NCBI GenBank assembly: GCA_040285855.1
Contig: JAUFOQ010000016.1
Coordinates: forward strand, 2,108,001 to 2,172,000
Direction of reading: 5' to 3'
Length of the DNA stretch: 64,000 nucleotides
Origin: Eukaryota sp. GEM-RC1
Lineage: Eukaryota
The translations under genes were made by a program, and so were the position numbers. Shown piece after piece: positions 27,601-38,874 of the stretch. Below the pieces are notes generated by a model. That model was not told the origin of the DNA, searched no databases, and was given only the letters and a program-made list of their open reading frames with translations. The first letter of the stretch is position 1; every line of letters begins with the position of its first letter.

Positions 27601-28060
27601 AAGCAGCATAAGAAGAAGAATTAAGACCAACTGATGAATTGAGCACTTTCTCGGCTAAAGGGCTTACAGGAAAAACCGGAATCGTAACTTGATGCAACGA
27701 AGGTGTACAAGGAGCAGGAGAATCAGAAAAAACAGCAGACGGCAATTGATCAGAAAGAGAAGGAGCATTCAAATTGGAGAAGGACTTTCTCATAACCAAT
27801 ATATTGGAAAGTGGAGGATACGGGTTTCGGTGAGGCAAAGAAGAAGATAAAGAAGTGACATGATGAGGAGCAACCAGAGGTCTCGCAGCAGAAAAAGATG
27901 ATGAAAGAAACGAAGCCGACTTACCACTGAAACGATTTACAAGGTCAGGGGGGTTTTTTGGGAAGATGATGAGAAGCAGATTTTGGAAGAAAATTGCCAG
28001 AAGGCATGTGGGAGGAAAAAACCCACTGAAAATGAAAATGAAAACAATGCTCATGTCAAG
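24688..28060 (-). mobile_element. Near full-length CRE/SLACS-like non-LTR retrotransposon (CCHC knuckle, RT, REL), frameshifted
   Basis: CSNCGQSGHCITTC knuckle, KAAGPSG, GIRPIAVGE, VDFKNAFNS, GVKQGDPLGP, GYMDD, CQCG..H..C, RGD..ADV..EKFK. Confidence 0.9.
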
Positions 28061-28507
28061 AGCTTCAACGAAAAAATTGATGACGTCGATACTATTCCAG
28101 AAAACACTGCTTCGGAATACTTAGACTTATCATTTATTCCATCAACTTCTAACTAGGTGGAAAGACTATTCAGTCGTGCAAAATTAACTCTCGGTATTTC
28201 TTCTTATTTATCTAATTATAGGGCAGCTGAGAGGACGTTTACAATCAAAAATGTTCGAGAAACAATTGTTTCTTTTATACAAAAGAACTTGGATTTAGTC
28301 AAATCAATTGTGAGTAAGAATCCTCATCAGACAACAGGATTAAATTCGGCCGAGCTTGTTATAGATGTCGATTCAGAATGATAGTACGTTGATTTTTGTC
28401 GTATGATAATAAAGAATTAATTGTAATTAATTGCAATTAATTAATTGTTGGTCTGTAGAATTGAAATTAATTAATTGTTGGTCTGTAGAATTAATAATTT
28501 AATTTAA

Positions 28508-29385
28508 GGGTGCATCCCGCATTTCATCAAATTTTGATCTTCTGTCCCAGATTCATCAACACATTATCTTGTTTTCCGGTTCTCATCAATATATTGATTT
28601 CATTGCTTGTGACCCATATGTGACCCATAGCATCTACACTTACCGCGATCAACAAAACACCTTTGAAAGAGGTACGAATATGAGTCCCGTCTAATGCAAT
28701 TAATGGCTTTGTAAATGGATATCCATCATTACTTGCCTTAAGTGCCACAAAACACGAAGTAAAGACATTCTCAGTGACATTACTCACGGCTACAGAGCCT
28801 GGATTCTTCTGACTAAGCTCTTCGCCAAGGACCCACAAAAGCATATGATGATTTCAATGTCCCTAAGAACAGGGATTGTGCTTTTGACAGTCTCTTGCTA
28901 CGGAGCTTTTGGACATTTGCCGATCAAGATCGTGGAAGATTTTAGTAGGAGAGAGCTTTTCGTGTCGCAGGAGATCCCTTAAAAGTCTACCAAGTACAGG
29001 TTCGGGGACTTATTGTTTTGGCAGTGCAGTGCAGAATGCATGGTGACCTCTCAAGGTTTTAAGTGTAAATGGATGTTCCTCTCCATCAGAAGTGCAATGG
29101 ACATGAAAGGAGCATTCTTCGGAACTGCAAGCAAAATCTAGTCTTCTATTGTTCGACTGACTGCAGAAGATTTCTTTATCTGTCTTTATAGAGTAGACGT
29201 GGAGAAAGGTCGAAGCATCAAGCTGATTCTTTCCAAGAATCTCACCCACTTGAAGTTGCATATTTCCAGGATAGAATGCATTAGCCAATGCAGAAAGTGT
29301 GTTTTTCATTCAGTAAGTTAAAAGAATGGAGATGATGATTTAGGGTTTTATAAATTGAATTATGATGAAATACGGTGTTTTTCCA
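28508..29385 (-). mobile_element. Internally deleted Mutator-like (MULE) element
   Basis: MULE transposase motif IALDGTHIRTSFKGVLLIAVSVDAMGH and a C..C.F..H finger; imperfect TIR core ccg(c/t)atttcatca; 9-bp TSD ttaatttaa (28499-28507, 29386-29394). Confidence 0.8.
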
Positions 29386-29439
29386 TTAATTTAAATTAAT
29401 TTTTTCGCATCACTGCATTGTGGTACATATACAATCTAC

Positions 29440-30575
29440 TAGACCTTGGAATCGGATTTTTTATCTCAAATCCGATCCGATCCGAATCCGACTGATCGAA
29501 ATCTGAATCCGATCCGAATCCTGGTGTTCAATATCCGAATCCGATCCGAAAAATCCGATCGGATTTACCATTTTACCTAATACATTTCATTGAATCTGTC
29601 TTTACTGAAAAAATGAATAACAAAATTGAATTAAGATTTATTAGTCAAACAGCAACACTAATTATCATCATTGGGAAAAAGTCCATCATCAGCCATAAAT
29701 CCAAGTTTTGTCCATGAATTGAGTAAAACCAAAACTTGAACTGTGTCACATTTGAGCGAAGCTCTTTTTCGGATACAATTAACCCAGCACGGGAAAAGAG
29801 TCTTTCACATGGTACAGACGATGCCTGTATTGAGCAATAATCGAAGAAGATTCTAGCAAGTGTTGGATAAGTGGTTTCATTTCTCTAAGATATTCCAGTC
29901 TGGTTGCCCACACTTGGAACACGTTCTTCTCCCAGAAGAAAGAGTATGAATGAACAAGTATACTCTACTTCGTTTCCCCTCTGGGAGTTTCTTCAAAGAG
30001 CAGTGCCGATGGCCAGTTTTCTTTCATAGAGGGAATTAGTTGAAGCGTCTTCTTCGTTTGGTGAGGATCCAGGAGGAAGAATTAAGAGTTGGGGAGAAGG
30101 TTGGATATCGATATCAGATAGAGTATCTTCAGAGGAGGATGATAGGAGGACTTCGCTGTTATTGGTGACAGAATCCGAGAGGACGTCTACATCGGAATAG
30201 TAAGACATTTGAAACAGATGTAGTTACCGAATTTACTTGATTCATACTCAACTGTCATCCTTTCAAATCAATCGTTTTTAAATACTGTGTGATATTAGTC
30301 AAAAACGGGGTTTATGATCACTACAGTGAAATAATTGTTTTTGTAAAAATAATAACTAAAAGTCACCAATATATCATTATTAGTATTTGTACAGTAATCA
30401 GATGTATTTTGCGTCCACAATAATACCATAATCATAAAAAATCCGATCGGATTTTTCGGATCTGGTAGGATAAATCCGATCCGAATCCGAATCCGAGCAA
30501 AACCCAGAAAATCGCTCCGATCCGAGAAATCCGATCGGATTATCCGATCCGAAGTTGATCCGATTCCAAGGTCTA
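29440..30575 (-). mobile_element. Non-autonomous hAT element
   Basis: TIR tagaccttggaatcggat / atccgattccaaggtcta, perfect 8-bp TSD caatctac, ATCCGA subterminal repeats and a hAT dimerisation remnant (YPTLARIFFDYCSIQASSVPCERLFSRAG, ~29785-29875). Confidence 0.92.
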
Positions 30576-31575
30576 CAATCTACCCTCCCATTATGACCAA
30601 ATTCTCACTGTCCGACTTTTTGTCTTCCCTTAACCGATTCCCTTACTCCAAATAAACGTTTCCTTTTTCGTATCTTCGGTGTCAACATCATCGTGATCTC
30701 TTTCGTTCATGTTTTTGATGGTTATCATAAACAAAACTCACATTTTGACTTCACATATCTGTCTCCTATTGCTACAACATCTTTGATGGCTCACGTGTTG
30801 TTAATTATCACTTGGCTAACACAATCTCATGTGTTCTGGTCAGATCTTATTCCTTATAATCTCCTCCCCCTCGAACCACTCTAGATCATGTCAAACAATG
30901 TTTTGGTCTTGTCTGTGGAGGAAATTTGTGTTGAGAGAGAAGCTCTCTCAAAAACAGTCACTTCCCCCTCAATAACGCCTTTTCAGCATTCCTCCTCCAT
31001 CACAATCACCAGAAATTCTATTGTGCACTCGTACGTGCATAGTTCTCTCCTAATTGAATGTTAGTGAACATTTTTTCCTCCAAATAACGCTTATCCACTT
31101 GCTGTGAGTCATAGCACCTCATCCTCTCCCTAGATAGGCGCTTTGAAAGTTATTGCCTTTCTTTTATCGCGATCTGAAATCCTGTACCAGATCATTGCTT
31201 TGGTGATCTTAGCCTTTACACTTTCTCTTTATAGTTGTTATCTGTTGATAAATGCTGAAAGCAGCGGTCAAACTCCCTGTAGCAGTTCATATTCATCAAA
31301 ATTGTCACGGTGTCTCTTTGATTTTGCCCAAACATCTGTTCACCTAACTGGTGATAGATCCAGCTCCAATTCTCCCTTCAATAGACACACGGTTGTCTTA
31401 GCTTGTTGTTTTATTTGTTATAAACGATCGTCGATCGCTGTTCATTCTGTAAAAACCAAACCCTCCGAATAAGACTGGTCTGACACCTGGTCATATTGGG
31501 AGGGTAGACTGTACCCATATTTAGAGACATGTAAGATTAATAGCTTTTCCATTTTCGACATTCCATTGCACAACA

Positions 31576-33286
31576 ATGGGTTGTGGAACAAGTCGTCACC
31601 GACTCGACGTCCAGAATTGCTGCCCCTGCGTTCTCAAGCGTGAAGCTGTGCTACCGTATCACATTCTTTCATCCCGCCTGATTTCCCTTTCCTCACCGAT
31701 TATCAATGTTTCATCGCTGGAGAAGCTTGTTTTTTTCTTTAAATCTGGTGAGTATGATACTTTCGTCTCTCCCGATTCAAAAGGTTCAGCATCAGATTTC
31801 TCTCGATTACTCCTTCTTCTGGAATATGTCAGCCACAACATTACACTCTACGTCCCCTCCAACACCAGTCTGTCGCCAAGATCCATTAAGCACATCCACT
31901 CAAAATCAGATCCTAATATAGACTTTGAAAAGCCACTGGATCAAGGTCCCTCATCGCTAGAGGAAGTGTTTGCCACCAAGACTGGGTCTCCTCTAGGAAT
32001 CGTGCTTCTCCTACAACTTCTTGTACAGTCTGTTTTCCCAACGTCATGCTGTGACATTATAATGGCTTTCCCTCGATGTACTAACATATGCATCAACAAC
32101 AAGGTTAAGTCTGACATCAGCTCATTATCCAACACTTATCTCTGTAGGATGCTATTCCAGGACGAAGTCTTCTACATTGACATAATCTCTGCTCTCAACA
32201 AGAACATCTATGGTTCTGTCTTCAACTCAATCCCTGCTCCTACCTCAACTGCTAACTGGCTTCAATACATCATCCCTGAAGATCTTTTTGACTCTCTCTA
32301 TGTCAAATCTTCCATTACTTCCAACCAGCTTTCCCACGAGTTCAATGGATGCGTAATGTTTCCTGGATCCTGTGTGTTGAGAGTAGAGCTATCTGAAGGT
32401 TATAACGAGAGCGAGTTACTGACTGATGACTTTGGCCAGGTTGACTTTAAGTTTACTTGTCATCGTGAGGATGTATCTTTCAATTTTACTTGTTTGTCTA
32501 GAGAAAGTTTTGGGAATGACGCGAAATCAGATGTTTCTCTATTTCCAAAGGGAGATTTAGATTTCTCTTGTTTTAAACGATTTCTGCATGTCCCTTCTGA
32601 TTCAATTATTCGTCAAAAGTACAAATCCAAGGACCATTATCACGTCAATGTTCGTGCTACTCTGAGGTTTGCCAAGCCTGGTCAGTATTGGGTTTTGTTT
32701 GAGGGAAATACGCTTCATAATCAGACTTATGTTGTTTCTTTACTTCGGGTGTTGGTTGTAAAAACACCGAAAGTATTTATTCCTTTCCCTCATAATTTAA
32801 ATTCTGAATTTAACAGCCTCATTGATGTCGTATCACCTTCATCTTACGTTCTTGCTGCAAAGCGATCTATTCCCTTTCATATTCGTATTCCGGCCTTTGT
32901 AGTTGGTCTGCAGCTTCGACTGGATGACTTCTCTCCCGTGACAGTGTTTCCAAGATGGTTGTGGGAGAAACTCAAGAGTAATTGAAGAAGATATTGAAGG
33001 AAAGATGTTTGTTCACGTAATGTTTTCTTTAAAAGTCAATGTTTCTGTATCATCTGCACTTACGATCTACTTTCAAAAGTCTTCTGGTGGATCATCACTG
33101 TTGTTGTTCAGGTTTTTAATATGCTCAAAGCAACAAGAAGCTAAGTTACCCATGGGATTTGTTCACAAGCTATGTACAGAAATGTCCCGGTCTGGGCTAC
33201 CTGAAATAGAGCTTTCTCCAGTGGAGAAGATTGATTTAGGGTTTATTAATGAGGAGCACGAAGATTTCTCCAGTCTATTTGTGTAA
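31576..33286 (+). CDS. KY/hillarin-like (transglutaminase-like fold plus Ig-like domains) protein with N-terminal MGCGxS acylation motif; frameshift near 32947
   Basis: MGCGTS N-terminus and C-terminal beta-rich repeats (F..PGQY..; VSPSSYVL..FHIRIP). ORFs 31576 and 33005 join by one indel. Confidence 0.55.
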
Positions 33287-33722
33287 GTTCACTCCGTGTA
33301 TATTTTCTTGGTTGGAGTTGATTGGGTTTTATCTTGATTTGGATGTTTTTCAACATCACACTATTTCATATTCATTTAAGCATTGTACAGAGTCCTTCTA
33401 AATGTTTCTGGTTAGAAGAAGAGTATCATCAGTTGTTATTAATTCGAAGCTGGTGATATCAATATTGAATGGTTATAAATTTTTAATTATTTCTATTACT
33501 TGGCAACTGGAAATAATGGGAGGACACAATACCGAATGAGGATTACCGTTTACTACACCATTTAACAATCTCAACTCACAATAATTAACGTTTAATATAA
33601 CGATCATTTACGTACAGTGTGTGACTTATTTACACGAACGCTGTTAGTTGCATTTGGCGAGAATCATAATGAGAATTCTCAAAAAACAGTCAGGGTTTCT
33701 GTGTTAATCGCATTTCCTAAAC

Positions 33723-35323
33723 ATGGACCTTTCCCACTTTTTGGACTGGTCTGCTAAACTTGATGACTGTTTCTCACCTACTGCTGTTGATGATATTACT
33801 CTTCAGCTAATTGGTGAATATTTGGACTATCATGGCTTCTCAGATGTCCGATTGTTTCTTGAACGTCGTGCAAGTCGCAGTTTCTTGTCAACTTCTTCCC
33901 AAAGGCTTTCGCATGTAGTTAAAGGTGCCATTCATCTATCAAATCTCTGCAAATCCGACACATCTGTACTTCCAGAAAATTCTTCTCCACCTTCTTGTCT
34001 CAGCATATTAGAAGAACCACTAGAAACCACTAACAACACTCTATTTTGCTTACCAGGCCAAGACATCAACACACTGATCTCAGAAGTCCGCAACAATCAA
34101 TCAAACCAAACCTCTACCATATCCTTTGACATCTTCGACTGCTCTCTTTCAACTTATCTCATTGGAGCCTCCCTTCCATCCCTTCTAAGAAGATGTGTAA
34201 GTGACATTGGTCTTCTGTTTTCTGACCCAGATTACGTATTCGATCTTCAGTCCTCCCAATCCACACTTCCCTTCATTGTCATTAGAGCCCTACCCTCTAA
34301 GCACCACTACAATTCCATTCAAATGTTGATTGGTCTTCGTAACTCCCTTGATCTTGGTGAATCCCACCTACCCTCTCCTCTCCCTTCCTTCTCTTCTCCC
34401 TGCAGTTGTTTCCCCAACTGTAACTGGTGGCAGGCTGCTTCATGCCGATTCCTCTCTACTTGGGCTAAGCTTCGTCCTCTTAATTTCTCCCCACAAATGC
34501 TCTCTCTTCTTATCAACTCTCTAGCTAAACTTCATTGTCCGATTCTCTCCGCTGCCATTAATCTCTTGCAACCTTCCCCACTCGCTCCTTGGCTTCTTTC
34601 CTTGACAGCTCCTAATCCTTTGTTATCGAGGTCATTTTCTCACGATGAGGTTCAACGGCGAGCAGTTCAACTTTTGATCATTGTGATGTTTTAACTAAGA
34701 TAATTAGTTTTGTAGATTTTTCACTTTTCGCCAAATTTGCTTCTTCTTCACTCTTACCGGGGTATACCGGGGTTGTTTCTAGAAGTTTTAGTGTCGAATC
34801 TGATTGCTTTTCGTTCTGGTTTAATGTTTTAACTAATTTCTCCTCTTTAGTAATTCAAAAAGATGTCAAATTTGCAGAAAAGTTGCTAACTCTGTCCTTT
34901 GAGCTCTACTGTAAGGGTGATTTCATGGCTTCCATGGCTATCTTCTCACCACTAAGAGACATTAAGCAAATACAACTTCCTGAAGTACAAAGTCAACAAT
35001 TTGCTGAACTTAAGATAATCTTCTCCAATCAAGGTAACTTTACTAAACTGAAATCAATCGAAAATGATTGGGGGACAAGACGAATGCCTCTAGTTCCGTA
35101 TCTTGGAATGCATTCGTCATTAGTTGTCTCTATTGATGAAATGAATTCTAATTCTATTGGGAGTATGATTAATATAGATAAATTGAAGATGTTTGATGCG
35201 GTAGTGTCTAAAATTGACACTTTAAAGGCAAATGCTTCGTTGTCTTATATGAATGGCGAGTTGTCACACTTTGAGAAGAAGATTTTGACTCAAATGGCTG
35301 CGTTTTATCTTGCAGAATCTTAA
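33723..35323 (+). CDS. RasGEF-domain protein with N-terminal LisH-like motif (short intron or frameshift at ~34683-34716)
   Basis: LIGEYLDYHGF (LisH-like); AVQLLI..DFSLF; GDFMASMAI; PLVPYLG..SIDE..MINIDK (Cdc25-type GEF). Confidence 0.7.
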
Positions 35324-35849
35324 ATTTGTGACTTGGAATTTAATTTGGCTTGTTCTTTTCTGAAAACATTTGACATGAATGTGTGATTAGTAATGAGAAT
35401 TTTTCCCTAAATTTTTTGATTTTGATGAGTAGTGCTTATAAGTGTCAGAAAAATAGACTATTTCGTTGCCTTATTTGGATTTAGACTTCCTCGTCGTTGA
35501 AATTATTCAAATTATTATTGAATTACTGTAATAAATGTGTTTTAATGAACAGTACATCTTGTCGTCAAAATGAAAAGTCACTTTCAAAAGTGTAAGATGA
35601 AGTTACAGTAAACCTTTGCGACAACGTTCTCAGAGGTCTACAACGGGATTTGGTTTTTATCATTGATGTTCTAAACGTTGTGATTTTTGATTTGAATTTG
35701 ACAGTAGTAAATTACACTCATATCAATTTCACTTGTCAACTACTACACAGGTTTGGGTTTGTCTTATTAGTCTCTGAAACTAAATTGATGTTGATATTAA
35801 TTAGACAACCAGTGTACTTGAATGTCAGGAAGCTATCGACTGATTTAGT

Positions 35850-36419
35850 TAGCACTGGGCGTTCGGATATCCGATCCGACCCGATCCAAATTTTTGTGTC
35901 TGAATCCGACCCGACCTGAACTACTACAATCTGAACCCGATCTGAAATCAGTACAAGCAGATTCTTCTAAGTCTTTTCTTCACTGTATGAGAGCACCCCC
36001 GCCATAGCCAGCTTATTACTTAAATGAATAAACCAAATTTTTTTTTGAAAATCACTAAGGTACTTTAATTGTGAATATTAATCTTGGAAAAAAGATCAGA
36101 AGAGGATTAACGCCTTCTAAAAACTCGTGTTTGAGTGTAATTGCATCAGTGGACTGCAATTTTGGCTTGTACAGTTAAATTCATTGTCCTAATAGGAGTG
36201 GAACAATTTAATTGATGTGATGAATATATGTATTTAAGATTTTGTTGAGGTTGGTCATAGTCGTATCATGGTTCTATACTTAAAAACTGGTTTCAGATAA
36301 CGGATATCCGAAACCAATCTGAATCCGAACCATCAAATCCGAATCCGATCCGAATCCGAATAAAAGGCCATGTTGAATCTGAATCAAATCCTATCTGAAA
36401 TCTGAAATGAGAACGCCCA
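35850..36419. mobile_element. Non-autonomous hAT-like MITE directly upstream of the actin gene
   Basis: TIR core tgggcgttc / gaacgccca, 8-bp direct repeat gatttagt (35842-35849, 36420-36427) and ATCCGA subterminal repeats. Confidence 0.7.
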
Positions 36420-36454
36420 GATTTAGTGAATTTTCCCTCAGCTTTCTAATTGAC

Positions 36455-37659
36455 ATGGACGGTTTGTCTATCTCTTCTTGGACTGATCGTAGAGTCTACT
36501 GCTCCTATTGTTATTGATAATGGATCCCATTTGTTGAAAACCGGATTCGCTGGTGATGATGCCCCTCGTATTGTTTTCCCTTCGATCGTCGGTCATTCTA
36601 AGCAGCAAGGGATGTTCAGCCGTGATTTTTATGTCGGCGATGAAGCCCAATCTAAAAGACACGCTCTTTCAATTAAATACCCAATTCAGAATGGTATCAT
36701 CACTTCTTGGGAAGTATGTGTTCTCTACTCGTGTTTTTATCTCAGGACATGGAAGTATGAATCTCTTTTCTTTATGATCTCAGAAAATCTGGCATCATAC
36801 TTTCTATAATGAATTAAGATCAGAACCCAGTGAAAAACTTGTACATCTCACAGAACCACCATTGAATTCTAAGTCCAACAGAGAAAAAATGACCCAAATC
36901 ATGTTTGAAACTTTCAATGTTAAAGGAATCTACATTACATCATCTGCAGTTCTTTCATTGTACGCATCTGGTCTTATGACAGGCATCGTTTGTGATTCTG
37001 GTTACGATTGCAGTTGTATTACTCCCATCGACGAAGGATATTGTCTTAACCACGCTTGTCAACAATTTGATATTGCCGGTGGTGATCTCACCAATTATAT
37101 GAACAAACTTTTGTCAATCAGAGGTCTTGTATTCCCTTCATCTGACGTTGAATGTGTGCAAGTCATGAAAGAAAAAGAGTGCTATGTTGCTCTGGATTTC
37201 GACCATGAATTAACAAAAGCAGAAAGATCTTCAGCTCTTGATCGTCACTACACTTTACCCGATGGTCAAGATATCACCATAGGATCTGAACGTTTCAGAA
37301 CACCCGAAGCTCTCTTCAAACCAACTCTAATTGGTCTTGAATCTCCTGGTATCCATGAGCACATCAACAAGTCAATCATGAAGTGTGATGTTGGACTCCA
37401 TCGCGAATTGTATCAAAATATTGTGTTGTCCGGAGGTAGTACAATGTTTGATGGAATCGACAAACGTATGGAGAAGGAAATAATCAACCAAGCACCCCCT
37501 GGTACTCAGATTAAGGTTGTTGCTCCCCCAGAAAGAAAACACTCTGTGTGGATTGGAGGTTCCATTATATCATCTTTGACAACCTTTGAATCTATGTGGG
37601 TTACTCGTGAGGATTATGAAGAATGTGGTTTCTCAATCGTTGACAGACAATGTTTTTGA
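36455..37659 (+). CDS. Divergent actin; join(36455..36461,36493..36713,36746..36754,36784..37659), 370 aa
   Basis: [34 protein letters not shown] (after splicing), [25 protein letters not shown]. Three GT-AG introns of 31, 32 and 29 nt restore the frame. Confidence 0.92.
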
Positions 37660-37928
37660 CTTACCTGACTTCGATTTCTTCGATGATGTGTAGGGAAAGT
37701 CTCTTATTACTTTGGCAGACGATTTTACTTTACAAATAAAAAACTCTTTTCACAAATATTGATTATGATCCTTCAATCTGAACTCGGGCCAATTTCTCTT
37801 TTTGAAAGAAAACTCATAATCCTAGATAATTCATGACACAAAGAAAACATTAAGATATTAAAAAATGAAACGGCGAACAAGAGAAGAACGTGAATTTATC
37901 AGTGTTATACCATAACCGAATTTTCAAA

Positions 37929-38651
37929 GATTCTGGGTAAATGCACCACATTATGCACCACATATTCTATTTATTTTGTAAACTGCACCACATTCATAAT
38001 GCACCACATTAATATAACCACACCACACATCACCAGTCAACATTAGGTACCCTGATCAACACGAATGTTGAACATTGTACAATTGTGGATTACTTAAGAT
38101 CCTTGGAAGGCAGATGTTCTTTCAGCAAACAGAATGTAACTAACATCAAGAAAAAGAGAACACAGAAGACTAAACTTACATCGTTCCAGAGCATGTAGAT
38201 GACCAAAATGACCTCATTTGTATCAAAGAACTCAAGGGATTTGTTACCTCTTAAAAGCTGGTTACAGATCGAGAACAACTGTGTAATAAAACATGGTAAT
38301 CTCTGCCAAACAACCTAGACGAAGATTACTTAAGGCAACAATTATGTTCTCTCCTTCGCGAGCTTCCTAACCTCTGCTTCCTGTTGCACGTAGACCTTGG
38401 AGAAGACTTCCTGGATCTCCCAATTAGAATCCATTTAAGTCTGCTCTTAGAGATCCGTCCTCCATTGAACTATCTGTTAGGCGTACAAGAATTCCACCTA
38501 ACAAGGCCAAAGATAATGTTTTGTCCTTTTGATCTATAAATGGTGTTTGCTGTGCCTTCTGTAAAATGAAAAATATATTATGTGGTGTAAGTTATATTGT
38601 GTGGTGCAGTTTACAAAATAAATAGAATATGTGGTGCATTTACCCTGAGTC
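37929..38651. mobile_element. Non-autonomous Mutator-like element
   Basis: About 60-bp TIRs (gggtaaatgcaccaca..tattctatttattttgtaaactgcaccaca) and a 9-bp TSD attttcaaa/tttttcaaa with one mismatch. Confidence 0.8.
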
Positions 38652-38874
38652 TTTTTCAAATGCCATGCGCCTATGGGTCATGGCTTTCGGACGCATGGCG
38701 CATTGGCAATACTGCGCATATGAACACATGTCGATAAATCCCGTATTACTGGTTTGCATTTGCAAATCTGTTCTCATAAACTACCTTACACTTCATCAAT
38801 GCGCGAAACTCATCCCACCGACTGATAAAAGTAATGAGAAAAGGGTTTTTGAACAAAAACAGTCAAAAAAAGGT

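Larger units (their letters stand above)
21068..29415 (+). mobile_element. Degenerate hAT DNA transposon shell hosting nested insertions
   Basis: TIRs cagcgatgcgaaagaattaatttaa and rc cagtgatgcgaaaaaattaatttaa (23/25). Transposase remnants at ~22109-22515 (BED-like YQCKRC; SPDFENGVIKIL) and ~28080-28381 (hAT dimerisation VERLFSRAK). No clean TSD. Confidence 0.7.

Noticed and set aside
29455..29570. ATCCGA/TCGGAT arrays (also 30440-30565 and 35860-36400) as CRISPR-like repeats
   Set aside because: Short irregular motifs without unique spacers, located inside TIR/TSD-bounded hAT elements; they are subterminal repeats.
30593..31500. Coding-like stretches with many stops (also ~10050-10490, ~17657-18700 and 61256-61608)
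   Set aside because: I could not reconstruct a convincing ORF or family; they may be decayed or error-split genes.
33003..33018. 13-nt match (agatgtttgttca) to the reverse complement of the putative Fanzor guide
   Set aside because: Short and AT-rich, and the guide boundary is unknown, so it is compatible with chance.
37659..37720. U1 snRNA-like ACTTACCTG
   Set aside because: It overlaps the actin stop codon and lacks U1 stem-loops and a clear Sm site.
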